In this document: positions 36,750 to 45,779 of the stretch, piece by piece
Numbering within the stretch: the first letter of the stretch is position 1
Layout: every line of letters starts with the position of its first letter
Virus record (IMG/VR): IMGVR_UViG_3300026543_000024
Location: 1-47,925 of that record
DNA length: 47,925 bases
Direction: 5' to 3' (one strand)
Source of the DNA: a virus
Lineage: Duplodnaviria > Caudoviricetes
Translations under genes and position numbers: made by a program
Notes under the pieces: model-generated
The model's input: only the letters and a program-made list of their open reading frames with translations
The model's database searches: none
What the model was told of the DNA's origin: nothing

Positions 36750-38417
36750 TTATTTTTCCGTCCCCGAGGGGATAGTTTGTAAGTTTGCGCCTTGACCAAA
36801 CGCATCCTTCGATGATGAAAGTCGAAACGTCTCAGTGCCAGCCAAGTTATACGAGCATCGGATTCGACCGTCGTTCCCGAGAGGTGCCTCGAGGAAATTC
36901 TTTCTGAAGATGTTGACACTTCGGAGTTCCTTAATGTGTTGGATGATGGGAGAGACAGCGGCTTCTACCTGAATTAGCTTATCTAGAGCTTCATCATCGG
37001 TGGAGATTTGGCCAGTCTTTCTGTTTCGTTGCTTTGCTAGGTCAAGGTAGCTGTAGAAAAAAGCTTGACATTGCTGCGGAGAATTAAACCAACGAACCTT
37101 AGAGGTAGTATTCTCGGGGATGAAATTCCCTGACATGATAAGTAAGCGCTCTTCAAGTTGTCCTGCAATCTCAAGCAATTCAAGACTGAGTACTGCTCTT
37201 AAGGGTTTGTCTACCCTCACACCACGTAGCATTGCTCGAAAAACAGGTTTATACATTGACATTTGAAACTCGTACTGCGTTTGTTGTTCAGCGCTGTTAA
37301 GAAGTACAGGGAGTTTCGTTGCAATCTCATAGGTGTACACTGCATCTTTGCAGTTGTAGTTCCAGTATTGTAGAGGGTCTACAGGATAAGAGTTGTAGTC
37401 CTTTAGCTCGTCCTTCCAGTAACAATAGTGATCGCAAAAGAGGGAAGCGAGAAAGTCCAAGGATTTTTTCTCACCTGAAAATACCGTATGCCATGCGAGC
37501 ATCGTGTCCATGTCAATGTTAGGCTTGTACCCCCAACTTTTAGCGATATGCTGCATATCGTAAAGATAATTTTGACCGACAACTCGTGCGTTGGCATGTG
37601 TAAGTATTCTTTGCTGCAAGACCAGTATGTCAGTCTCTTCTTGAATCGTCCAGTAATTATGGTTTCCACCGCGTCCCTCCTCAGGAGTCATAAATGGGAT
37701 GCAGATTGCATCGGTTGCTGACCATGCAATACCAGAGCAGCTGATGTATCGATTGATTGTCTCCAGATCATGAGCTAACAGCATTGGACCTTTTTCAAGG
37801 CGAGTTAATAACATAGTTAAGGTAGCATCTACTTGTAAGATATCAGGTTTAATTCTGAAATTCCATTCTGGATTTGAGTAAGTTTGTGTTAAGCTCTCTG
37901 TCATGATACGTTGCAGATCATAGACTGCTATGTGTCTCCAGTCCCAGACCTTCAGAATCCTCGACGGTGCATACGTTGGTATAACTTTAATTCTGCGACC
38001 TTGAATCTCACAGCCCATTCGTGAGCCGCGCCACTTAGCCACAGACTTCTCTCCCGTAAGAATGAACAGGGATAGGTCGCCAAGAGCAATAACGATCCTA
38101 CAATTAGATTCATAAATCGCTTGCCATACATGATCTACGTGCTCCTGATATTTAGGTTTAATAAAGGGGTTCTTCTTAGTCCAATCCTCCACGTAACATT
38201 TGGAGTCGAAGTAAGTATGCTTTGGTATGCTGAACACCATGTCATGATAGCAGTCAAAGAACTCGAAGCCAGCTTCGCGGCACATCTTCTTGAACTCCTG
38301 TCCACTGCCACCACTGAAATGATAACCGCGATTCCAGTCATTTATCTCAGCGAATTCTCCAAGGATAAAGATACCATTGGAGTTCTTAGGTTTAAAGGTA
38401 TGAGTTACACGCTCCAT
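36750..38417 (-). CDS. polA: DNA polymerase family A, N-terminal subunit: degenerate UDG-like domain, 3'-5' exonuclease and thumb
   Basis: ILGE...FSGGSG...IVIALG...WRGS...PTYAPS (UDG-like); HDLET, NYLYD, YNCKD (Exo I-III); GVRVD, NSPQQ, STDDEAL, TETFRLSSS, NLQTIP. Confidence 0.9.
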   Translation of the reverse strand: MERVTHTFKPKNSNGIFILGEFAEINDWNRGYHFSGGSGQEFKKMCREAGFEFFDCYHDMVFSIPKHTYFDSKCYVEDWTKKNPFIKPKYQEHVDHVWQAIYESNCRIVIALGDLSLFILTGEKSVAKWRGSRMGCEIQGRRIKVIPTYAPSRILKVWDWRHIAVYDLQRIMTESLTQTYSNPEWNFRIKPDILQVDATLTMLLTRLEKGPMLLAHDLETINRYISCSGIAWSATDAICIPFMTPEEGRGGNHNYWTIQEETDILVLQQRILTHANARVVGQNYLYDMQHIAKSWGYKPNIDMDTMLAWHTVFSGEKKSLDFLASLFCDHYCYWKDELKDYNSYPVDPLQYWNYNCKDAVYTYEIATKLPVLLNSAEQQTQYEFQMSMYKPVFRAMLRGVRVDKPLRAVLSLELLEIAGQLEERLLIMSGNFIPENTTSKVRWFNSPQQCQAFFYSYLDLAKQRNRKTGQISTDDEALDKLIQVEAAVSPIIQHIKELRSVNIFRKNFLEAPLGNDGRIRCSYNLAGTETFRLSSSKDAFGQGANLQTIPSGTEK

Positions 38418-38629
38418 AGCGTACCTATAAGCATACCAATGCCTACACCTAGCCAGAAAAATAAACCACCATAAATTAGTAAAAACCTTAAATTCAAATG
38501 TTTGACCCCGAATTTTTTAAGGGTTTTTGATAATGCAATCATTCGGCAAGTCTCCGCAATCTGCTTATTAGGATTCTCCCACATGAAAGTTCCAGGGGCT
38601 TCATTGTCTAAATTAGTAGGCCTTTTCAT
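38405..38629 (-). CDS. Small membrane protein
   Basis: C-terminal hydrophobic helix. Confidence 0.65.
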   Translation of the reverse strand: MKRPTNLDNEAPGTFMWENPNKQIAETCRMIALSKTLKKFGVKHLNLRFLLIYGGLFFWLGVGIGMLIGTLWSV

Positions 38630-38805
38630 TCAACTACCCTGACCTTTGCTAATCCCATAAAGCCACCTGTACCCTCATAAACTCTTTTAGCAAAGCCGTC
38701 TAAAATGAAGCGATTAAAGGATTCAATTTCTTCATCGCTAAGAGTACCAACATGATAACCATTAAAGCTTCTAATTAAATCTCTATTAGCTTGTGTACTA
38801 TTCAT
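38626..38805 (-). CDS. Small hypothetical protein (start MNSTQAN)
   Basis: GGAG RBS; coupled. Confidence 0.65.
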   Translation of the reverse strand: MNSTQANRDLIRSFNGYHVGTLSDEEIESFNRFILDGFAKRVYEGTGGFMGLAKVRVVE

Positions 38806-39001
38806 CAGTATCTCCGGCGTTAGCCATATTAACCTTGATTTTAACAATTTCAGCTTTATGATTTTCATACATCTCACGGTTCCAAGCCTCGAGGTTGGCA
38901 ACGCGAGCTAGTAGGGAATCAATAAGGTCTTCAGCTTCACTAAAGGTTCGAGGAAATACAGGATCATTCCACTCTTTTATTTGATCATCTAGTTTGCTCA
39001 T
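38798..39001 (-). CDS. Small coiled-coil hypothetical protein
   Basis: ATGA coupling to the methyltransferase gene. Confidence 0.7.
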   Translation of the reverse strand: MSKLDDQIKEWNDPVFPRTFSEAEDLIDSLLARVANLEAWNREMYENHKAEIVKIKVNMANAGDTDE

Positions 39002-40335
39002 TCGCCAGTATCTCCGAAGTTAGCTATATTTGCTTCATCTCCAATCTCAGCTTGGCGAAGTTCTTCGTCCTCGGCTATTGACAGATCAAGGCGTTTCGAC
39101 GCATAACCTACAGCTATCGGATCAATTTCAATTCCAAAAGCCTTACAACTTAGTTCGTTTGCAGCGGGGAATAAGGGCCCAAGTCCACAGCAAGGGTCAA
39201 GCACCGAATCACCTGGTTGTACACTTCGTGCAAGTAAGTCAAGATATAAAGTGGTTGGTTTCTCGGCGCCTCGACGTTGTCTTGTAAGAGTACGGATAGT
39301 AATAAGATCTGGGGCAACTCGGGTAACTGGTTTATCTCCTTTACTAGCGAAGAGTATGCATTCATAAGTATATCTCGGGCCGTGATCGGGGCGAGCCAAA
39401 AGGCCATTCCCTTTATTCCATATGAGGGGTCGTGGCCACACTGACCAACCAGCACGTTCCATCTCTCGTTGTATGAATCTCCCGTTGGTATACTCGTGGA
39501 ACACATAGGCGTGTGCTCGAAGCTTACAGACACGAAAACCCTGTACTGCAATGGTGGTGATGATTCGTTCAAAGTTCTCTCTTGTGTCATTGTAAACATG
39601 GGTTATTCCCTCTTGGGCGTTGAAGTCTTGAGCATCTATCCCGTAGGGCGGATCGGTGCAAATTACATCGAAGGTATTTGCATCTAAGTTCGCCATTGTT
39701 TGTATCATGTCCGCTGCGAACAGGATGTGAGGGCTGTCGATGTTGTTTAATTGAAACTCGGCAGCTAAAGAGGCGTTATGTTCATCGCGCTTCATTCGCG
39801 TGATAACCTTCATCGCATCTTTTCTGGATTTGGTTTTGGCTACTTCAGGGTTGGTAGCAAACTCGTCAATTAGGAGGGCATCTCGAATGTCCATCGAGAA
39901 TAGTTTCTTTCCAGGCTTAGATAGTTCTACCGCGGTGTCAAGTTTAGTTTGACCAGGGTTTTGTTGTACTCGTAGTCGATGAAGGTCAGCTCTAGCTGCG
40001 GCCTCTTCGTGTACCGACAGATCTTCGCGCATAAGGTTCTCTTCCAGCTCGGCTTCCATAATAATGTTGACTGTAGAGCTGCCCAGTTCCGTATACGGGA
40101 CGAGTCCCTCTGGTACTTCAACGCCTTGATAACGAAGCTGATGCTTAAAAGCTGCCATAATAGAGATTGCCTTAAGGCGCCTCTCACCACATACCAACAC
40201 CCCATTATTAAGGATAGGTGCATGGAGTAAACCCAAACGCGCAATTGAATCTGCAAGATTTGCCAGTTTAACTTCATCGAAGGTTCTACGTATTCGTACG
40301 ACAATTTTAATCTCCTTTAAAGGGATTGTTTTCAT
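38998..40335 (-). CDS. ParB/Srx N-terminal domain fused to an N6-A/N4-C DNA methyltransferase (beta class)
   Basis: LADSI...GLL..P...GERRLKA...EENL.REDL; TDPPYG (motif IV) before VLDPCCGLG (motif I). Confidence 0.88.
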   Translation of the reverse strand: MKTIPLKEIKIVVRIRRTFDEVKLANLADSIARLGLLHAPILNNGVLVCGERRLKAISIMAAFKHQLRYQGVEVPEGLVPYTELGSSTVNIIMEAELEENLMREDLSVHEEAAARADLHRLRVQQNPGQTKLDTAVELSKPGKKLFSMDIRDALLIDEFATNPEVAKTKSRKDAMKVITRMKRDEHNASLAAEFQLNNIDSPHILFAADMIQTMANLDANTFDVICTDPPYGIDAQDFNAQEGITHVYNDTRENFERIITTIAVQGFRVCKLRAHAYVFHEYTNGRFIQREMERAGWSVWPRPLIWNKGNGLLARPDHGPRYTYECILFASKGDKPVTRVAPDLITIRTLTRQRRGAEKPTTLYLDLLARSVQPGDSVLDPCCGLGPLFPAANELSCKAFGIEIDPIAVGYASKRLDLSIAEDEELRQAEIGDEANIANFGDTGE

Positions 40336-40337
40336 AG

Positions 40338-40562
40338 TTACTTCTTATTTTTAAGGTTAGTTTCAAGTTCTATTATATTATGCTCTATAACCCAAGTATC
40401 TAAAATAGATGAGCCTATTAATTTTTGCAGTGCAGTTAAGTCACCTTTATCTTTAAACTTTCCTGCATCAAAAGCTTTGCGAAGGTGATAAACTGCCTTA
40501 TGTTTTAAAGGCAACGTACGCTTCATAATCTGAATACGCTGCTTAATGGTAGAGACTTTCAT
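40338..40562 (-). CDS. Small basic hypothetical protein
   Basis: AGGAGG RBS. Confidence 0.75.
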   Translation of the reverse strand: MKVSTIKQRIQIMKRTLPLKHKAVYHLRKAFDAGKFKDKGDLTALQKLIGSSILDTWVIEHNIIELETNLKNKK

Positions 40563-40636
40563 CTCAATACCTCCTAGTTAAATGTGTAGGCTTTGCACCT
40601 ACTCGACGATCATATCTAGTATCGCTACAAGATGAG

Positions 40637-41071
40637 TTAAGCGCGAACGCTTCTTACTTCAGCAAATACGCCACCCTTTTCACCGAGACGATGCTTGATA
40701 TCTACGGTTGCGACTTGACCAAGGAGGTTAGTCGGTTTCCAAGGGGCTCCGGTGTTCTGACCAAGAGCATCACGCAGCCTGCCAAGCTGTACATTTTTGT
40801 TCTTGCCAAATTCAAGGGCACCAGCCTCGGTAAAGTCTAGCCAGACTGTCTGTTTTGTAGTTGGCTCATCCATGCCAAGCAGTTCACGAACTGAAGCGTC
40901 ATCAACGATCCAGATAACTTCCATAAAAGTAGAACCTTTCGGTGTCGTTCCAGGTTTAATTTCCTTAATTACGGCTTGATATTCAGCTTCAGGAATTGGG
41001 GTAAACTCCGTTTCCAGTTCAATCTCAACTTCAGTTGCCATAAAGGCATCAGCATTAAATGATGTAGTCAT
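40637..41071 (-). CDS. Putative ssDNA-binding protein (DUF669-like OB fold)
   Basis: FTPIPEAEY.A.I...L..L..ALG...LLG...V.I pattern; near the Sak4-like ATPase; own promoter. Confidence 0.65.
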   Translation of the reverse strand: MTTSFNADAFMATEVEIELETEFTPIPEAEYQAVIKEIKPGTTPKGSTFMEVIWIVDDASVRELLGMDEPTTKQTVWLDFTEAGALEFGKNKNVQLGRLRDALGQNTGAPWKPTNLLGQVATVDIKHRLGEKGGVFAEVRSVRA

Positions 41072-41159
41072 AGTTGTCTCATAGGTAGTTCAGTTAGTCG
41101 GAAGAGTTTTACGACTTCTCGGTCGATTCCAGGGGAATTATTTAATTATTGCATCTTGC

Positions 41160-41189
41160 ATCTTAACATACAATAATTCAAGTTGTCAA
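41160..41189 (-). promoter_or_regulatory. sigma70-type promoter
   Basis: TTGACA-18 nt-TAAGAT with extended TG. Confidence 0.6.
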
Positions 41190-41557
41190 GCGGCTTTTGC
41201 TTGGTTCTCCATTCGACGAAGGTGATTAAGACATTTCTTCTTACGAAGTAGGGCTGTAGCTTGATTGTAGTAATCTTTACCGGAAACAAAACCACTTGAC
41301 TCGCTGGTATCACGATAATCTCGGCAGAACATCATGTTGTTGCCTTCAATATGAGTAATCCCAAAGAAGTCAGCAAATCCATCTGAGCCATTTAGACGGA
41401 TTTCTAATTGTATTTCGGGATACTCTCCTTGATAGTTAGCGATAAAACACTTATGATCGAGTTTATTGTGTGAGTGAGCCATACCGTTAAATACACAGCA
41501 TTCCTCGACAGTTTTAATGTGCATAGTCATGGCACAGAATAGTTTTACATTTTTCAT
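41186..41557 (-). CDS. Hypothetical protein
   Basis: GAGG RBS; 123-aa ORF. Confidence 0.7.
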   Translation of the reverse strand: MKNVKLFCAMTMHIKTVEECCVFNGMAHSHNKLDHKCFIANYQGEYPEIQLEIRLNGSDGFADFFGITHIEGNNMMFCRDYRDTSESSGFVSGKDYYNQATALLRKKKCLNHLRRMENQAKAA

Positions 41558-41558
41558 G

Positions 41559-42410
41559 TTACACCTCGGTAGGTTTAATTACCCCACCAGCTTCCACCCA
41601 ACCTTGAATAGCAGGGACGAAAGTTGGGAGGAGGTCATTCGACTCAGGTAAGAGCCGATGTTTCAGGTCAACATTGGGTTCTTGGGTTGACCAAGAATAC
41701 TTATCGCCAATGTGCTTGGCAAGGATAACTTCATCGAAATTTTGAGGAATCTTGGGGGCGAGCTTTCTTCCCAAGGTGCCAACCATAATGTGCATAGCAC
41801 CTGTAATCTCGTCCTGTTCTTTCTCGATATGCCCAGTCAAGATAAAGTGACAGGGAGTGTCAGTACAGATTAAGTCTAAGAAGCCGAGCATATTGTTTTG
41901 CGCTACCTGCCAGTCACTCACACTACGAGTTGGACGGAGGCCGACTACCAAAGCCATAGCCATCTTGTTTAAGCCACTGAGCGAGTCAAAGACTAGGCAG
42001 CGATCAGTACCCCAATGTCCGATATTACCGAACTCTTCGCCTGTGCGATCATCAACGAAGTTCTCACAGGTACGCAGGACCTCAATCCATTGCGTACATT
42101 GATTCCTATTTGAGTCAATCATTTTAGTCAGCAGTTCAAAGGACATACGATTGACATTTTCAGCCATAGCAATCATGGATTTAAAGTCTTGGGTGGCAGG
42201 AGCTACGTAATGCCACTTGCAAGAGTCAGGTGATAGCCCTTTTTCCTTTAGCACCTTCCCGATAGTGGACATTCCATTCTCAGTAAAGATAATGAAGGGG
42301 GTTATACCAGCCTCAAGTAAAGTCGTAAGGGCATGAGTTTTACCTGAGCCGGTGGCTCCAAGGAGTAAGGCCTTTAAGCCAGGAATTGTATATTCTTCAG
42401 GCATGATCAA
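41559..42410 (-). CDS. AAA_24 / Sak4-like P-loop ATPase (recombination)
   Basis: GATGSGKT, LVFDSLS, ILTGH, FDEV. Confidence 0.82.
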   Translation of the reverse strand: MIMPEEYTIPGLKALLLGATGSGKTHALTTLLEAGITPFIIFTENGMSTIGKVLKEKGLSPDSCKWHYVAPATQDFKSMIAMAENVNRMSFELLTKMIDSNRNQCTQWIEVLRTCENFVDDRTGEEFGNIGHWGTDRCLVFDSLSGLNKMAMALVVGLRPTRSVSDWQVAQNNMLGFLDLICTDTPCHFILTGHIEKEQDEITGAMHIMVGTLGRKLAPKIPQNFDEVILAKHIGDKYSWSTQEPNVDLKHRLLPESNDLLPTFVPAIQGWVEAGGVIKPTEV

Positions 42411-42630
42411 CCTCCAAGGCTTGAGCAGTAAAATAGCGTTGAGACTTTCCTGATATAGGCTTAACAGTCATATAGTCAAACCCTATTTCATCTCCTAGGG
42501 CTTTCCATGCTGCATTAGCATTTGCTTGCGGACTAGAAGGGGTTCCACACTGTAAAGCAATCATCATAACAGGTTGGCTTGCTTTTACAATTGTTTTGTA
42601 TTGCTTTCGAGTTAGTTTATAATCTGTCAT
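42397..42630 (-). CDS. Small conserved phage protein
   Basis: SPQANANAAWKALG...GFD..TV.P pattern. Confidence 0.75.
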   Translation of the reverse strand: MTDYKLTRKQYKTIVKASQPVMMIALQCGTPSSPQANANAAWKALGDEIGFDYMTVKPISGKSQRYFTAQALEVDHA

Positions 42631-42920
42631 CGGTTTAGCTCCAAGTTAATGTTTATGTGTTTAGAGAGTTTTTCAATCTCCACCAATAAGTTCTCCATTT
42701 CATCATCGAGATAATGCTCTGAGGAGGAAATAGAAATATATTTCGCCATCAGTTCGATAAGATTTTCAGAGTTTAATAGCTTCAAGTTATCACGTCGAAG
42801 CCATTTAGCCTCAATATACATTTCATGCATAGCAACGGTAATAGCTGGCTCGGCAGCACAGCTTGTTATAGAAAGGGCAACAGCTTCCCGCCATCGAATC
42901 AACATTTCCGTTGTAATCAT
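42627..42920 (-). CDS. Hypothetical protein
   Basis: GGAG RBS. Confidence 0.7.
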   Translation of the reverse strand: MITTEMLIRWREAVALSITSCAAEPAITVAMHEMYIEAKWLRRDNLKLLNSENLIELMAKYISISSSEHYLDDEMENLLVEIEKLSKHININLELNR

Positions 42921-42972
42921 TTTAACTCCATTGAGTTGTAACTATTTGGCATCCAATATAACATATTCTGAT

Positions 42973-43140
42973 TCAGGTCTCAATGGTTTCATTAATATCC
43001 TCTTCAAGTTCTAAGGCACATTCATCACAGATAAGCTTTGTATTATCCTCAGTTTTCTTAGTGAAATTAGAAAGGTCCATACATGGTGAATAATCGTTAT
43101 CCTTGTAATCATCACAGTTTTCACAGTAGTATAGGCTCAT
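42973..43140 (-). CDS. Small acidic zinc-finger protein (55 aa, not in the track)
   Basis: MSLYYCENC...ICDECA; ATGA coupling. Confidence 0.7.
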   Translation of the reverse strand: MSLYYCENCDDYKDNDYSPCMDLSNFTKKTEDNTKLICDECALELEEDINETIET

Positions 43141-43424
43141 TGGAAGCTCACCTCGTATACGTGCCCTATTTCAGCACCTTGTATCACCTTGACAGTTCCG
43201 ATGTAAGTGTCAACGAGACCGCACTCGAAAGGCTCTCCAGTAGGCCTGACATGAAAAGCTCTAGCACGAATACCTTCTTCAGGGTCAGGGTCTTTATCTT
43301 GTTCAACCCATAGTCTAATGACGCCATTTTGCTCATCAACGTGGAGGGGAATTGAACCTCGAGGTAGAACTAGAAATGTCCTGTCGTTAATACGCAAGTC
43401 ATATTTAAAAATTACTTTCTTCAT
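43137..43424 (-). CDS. Conserved small phage protein
   Basis: IFKY.L...LP.G...Q...LW...TG...YIGTV...HV.E pattern. Confidence 0.8.
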   Translation of the reverse strand: MKKVIFKYDLRINDRTFLVLPRGSIPLHVDEQNGVIRLWVEQDKDPDPEEGIRARAFHVRPTGEPFECGLVDTYIGTVKVIQGAEIGHVYEVSFQ

Positions 43425-43837
43425 ACTGTTCTCCGAAAGTGTTTATATTGAAAGAACTGGTGATAGGTACGAATCCCTTCGTCATACCAGCCTTTGATAA
43501 TGTCCATTTCGCGATGCAGTAGCGCCGTAGGTAAGGACCTGTTCCAAGGCTCATTCCATGCGTCCCAGAGTGAACCGTTACCACATTTCCGGCAAGGCCA
43601 TATTCGAATATTCCAATGGTCATTGAGCTTGGAGACGAGCAAGCGTTTAGCCCACACGTCTCCACAGTGTCCGCAGAAGATGAGCCATGAGTCGGGTTGG
43701 TAGACTCGACCGTCAAGGGCGATTGAAGGTGTCTCGGCAATAGGATAGGTATAGCTAATCTTATGGTTGTAAGGATTCAAAATAAACTGCGTTTTGACAT
43801 TAGGTGAAGTGGAAATGGGTTTCATTGCCAGTTTCAC
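43421..43837 (-). CDS. Zinc-finger protein
   Basis: CGHCG...CRKCG. Confidence 0.7.
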   Translation of the reverse strand: MKLAMKPISTSPNVKTQFILNPYNHKISYTYPIAETPSIALDGRVYQPDSWLIFCGHCGDVWAKRLLVSKLNDHWNIRIWPCRKCGNGSLWDAWNEPWNRSLPTALLHREMDIIKGWYDEGIRTYHQFFQYKHFRRTV

Positions 43838-43856
43838 TCTAAGTAATATTTACTCA

Positions 43857-44087
43857 TTAGCCTTCTACCTCCATTTCACCTCGAGGAAAATACTTCATAA
43901 AATCTCCTTTAATAAACATTTCTTCAGTATAGCTGGTAGACCATTGAGGTCCAAATAATTCATGAGCTCTAGTACGACCAGCTTCCTCATCTATAGCATT
44001 AATTACGGCAACACAGTCACAATCGAATGTTTTATTATTTACTCGATGGGTATGACCTTGGCCAAAGGTTATATAAATTTTACTCAT
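43857..44087 (-). CDS. Conserved small phage protein
   Basis: YITFGQGH...FG..WS..Y pattern; AGGAG RBS. Confidence 0.8.
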   Translation of the reverse strand: MSKIYITFGQGHTHRVNNKTFDCDCVAVINAIDEEAGRTRAHELFGPQWSTSYTEEMFIKGDFMKYFPRGEMEVEG

Positions 44088-44280
44088 CAGTTTCTCCTTC
44101 TAAGTAAGCGTGCATTTCATTGTAAGCTTTCAGGGATACTTCCCACATGTCTACGTGTCCGCAGAACTGACAAACTCTATCTAAAGGCTTGCCGTTCCGA
44201 TAGACCTTTCGAGAAGACAGACCACACTCTGCGTTATGGCAGTGCATGGTCTGCAATGTGTAGGTAGTACCCCAGACCAT
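44080..44280 (-). CDS. Small zinc-finger protein
   Basis: CHNAEC...CQFC. Confidence 0.7.
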   Translation of the reverse strand: MVWGTTYTLQTMHCHNAECGLSSRKVYRNGKPLDRVCQFCGHVDMWEVSLKAYNEMHAYLEGETDE

Positions 44281-44642
44281 TATTCAACTACCTTGAGACA
44301 CTTTGCTCGATTAACAAGGTACATAAAAAAGCCGTGATCAAGATTAGGATTAACAGCTTTAATAGCTACTTCAATCTCAGCGCGGGTATGATATTCGGTT
44401 ATATCTCCATTTACCCAAAGCCTCTCTTTAAGTTTATTCCAGGCAACTAGATAAGTTCCTTTGCTTGGCCCTTCTTGGTCTAAGGATACTCGAAATTTTG
44501 TATCTTCAGAAATAAAAAGGCGTGGTATACGTTCTCTTTTGCTTCCAGCTAATACTTTAGGCATAAGGACATGACATTCGATCTCATAACCGAGTTTCAT
44601 GAATTCAGATGCTTGTTTCACATCAATTTTTATCTTGTCCAT
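44280..44642 (-). CDS. Hypothetical protein
   Basis: GAGG RBS, coupled. Confidence 0.75.
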   Translation of the reverse strand: MDKIKIDVKQASEFMKLGYEIECHVLMPKVLAGSKRERIPRLFISEDTKFRVSLDQEGPSKGTYLVAWNKLKERLWVNGDITEYHTRAEIEVAIKAVNPNLDHGFFMYLVNRAKCLKVVE

Positions 44643-44860
44643 CAGAATACCTCTCTAGTTACATAGATGATGCAAGTTGGATACTTGCCATAGTCATCAT
44701 TTACAGCACATAATGCTGCAATAGGGCTTACTCCAGTCTTTACCATTTCTGCAACAATTCTATTGCGTTCCAGGTAAAAATTAGTGGCAAGAAATACACT
44801 TGTTATAATAGTAAAGGCTATTATACTAAAAGCGCCTAGCCAAAAGTTATTTTCGTTCAT
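44642..44860 (-). CDS. Small membrane protein (start MNENNFW)
   Basis: AGGAG RBS; N-terminal TM helix; two Cys. Confidence 0.7.
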   Translation of the reverse strand: MNENNFWLGAFSIIAFTIITSVFLATNFYLERNRIVAEMVKTGVSPIAALCAVNDDYGKYPTCIIYVTREVF

Positions 44861-45779
44861 CAGTTGCTCCTGATATTGCAAGAGGGTCCCATACGAAATG
44901 TTTGAAGGTGGGTTCAATCCATTTTTCCCAGTTTTCTTTATCGCATAGGTCCCGATACGGGCAGCCCCCGTAGGCTTTACACGCTTGACCATATGAAGGA
45001 GTAAAGGCTTCCGGCCCTAAGCTGAATGCTTTCAGCATACCTTCAAGGTTAGAGTGCAACACATTGTGCCAGTTTGTAATATGCCACTTCGTTCGATACT
45101 GAATAGCTTGCGCATGACCGAAGTCGTATTTGAGGATACTGACCCCTCGAATAATTGCGGTTTTTAAGTCTTCAAATCCAGCTTGTTGGCTGGCCCATAT
45201 ATATCCAGTGATTTGAGAGTCGAGGTCCCAGCCATTAACCCATTGGTTTCCGAGTTGTGAAGCGGTTTTATCATCCTCGATGGCCTTTGCTCCTTGAAAG
45301 TCTACGAACATATCAAAGCGACCCGTATAAAGAATAGGGTCGCCAGACACAGGATGTAGATTGCTTAAAGGTAGGGCAAAGGTGAACTCGACAGCTGGAG
45401 AGCCATCGGCGTTTTCAATTGGCCTGAGCCAATCCCCTTCCATAGGCCAGACCTTAAAGCAATACAAGATTGCACCGAGACAGTTAGGTAGGCTCTTAGC
45501 TTCGTCAAGAAGCATGTCGTCAAGTTCCTCATCCCAGTGCTTGATTGCAGCAATACAAGCTTTACCAAGATAATTTGGCTTATTGGTATTACCAGCATAG
45601 AACTCCTTACGTGCCACCTCGAGTCCTGCGGCGTAGGCTCCTCCAAAGACAAGGTGCATCGAGGGATCAGTCTTTCGTAGGTTGTAGATGTGACCGAGGA
45701 GGAACTTCCGTTGACATGCATCATAAGAGGTTCGCATCGTGTTGTCGATAGCGACAGGGAAATCATAGGTTAGCTGCAT
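44847..45779 (-). CDS. PD-(D/E)XK exonuclease (Cas4/RecB-like, PDDEXK_1)
   Basis: CQRK, VE..F, GRFD, EDDKT, Q..GY, C-terminal C....C.Y..LC. Confidence 0.88.
   Translation of the reverse strand: MQLTYDFPVAIDNTMRTSYDACQRKFLLGHIYNLRKTDPSMHLVFGGAYAAGLEVARKEFYAGNTNKPNYLGKACIAAIKHWDEELDDMLLDEAKSLPNCLGAILYCFKVWPMEGDWLRPIENADGSPAVEFTFALPLSNLHPVSGDPILYTGRFDMFVDFQGAKAIEDDKTASQLGNQWVNGWDLDSQITGYIWASQQAGFEDLKTAIIRGVSILKYDFGHAQAIQYRTKWHITNWHNVLHSNLEGMLKAFSLGPEAFTPSYGQACKAYGGCPYRDLCDKENWEKWIEPTFKHFVWDPLAISGATDERK

Noticed and set aside
38998-40335. Plasmid-prophage partition system
   Set aside because: The ParB domain is fused to a methyltransferase; no ParA, parS array or Rep gene is recognisable.
40563-40636. 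tRNA-like element (GUAGG-UGCAAAG-CCUAC resembles a T-arm)
   Set aside because: No acceptor stem, D-arm or anticodon arm; probably an ordinary intergenic hairpin.
44847-45779. CRISPR-associated Cas4
   Set aside because: No array or other cas genes; the Sak4-like ATPase and SSB context indicates a phage recombination exonuclease.
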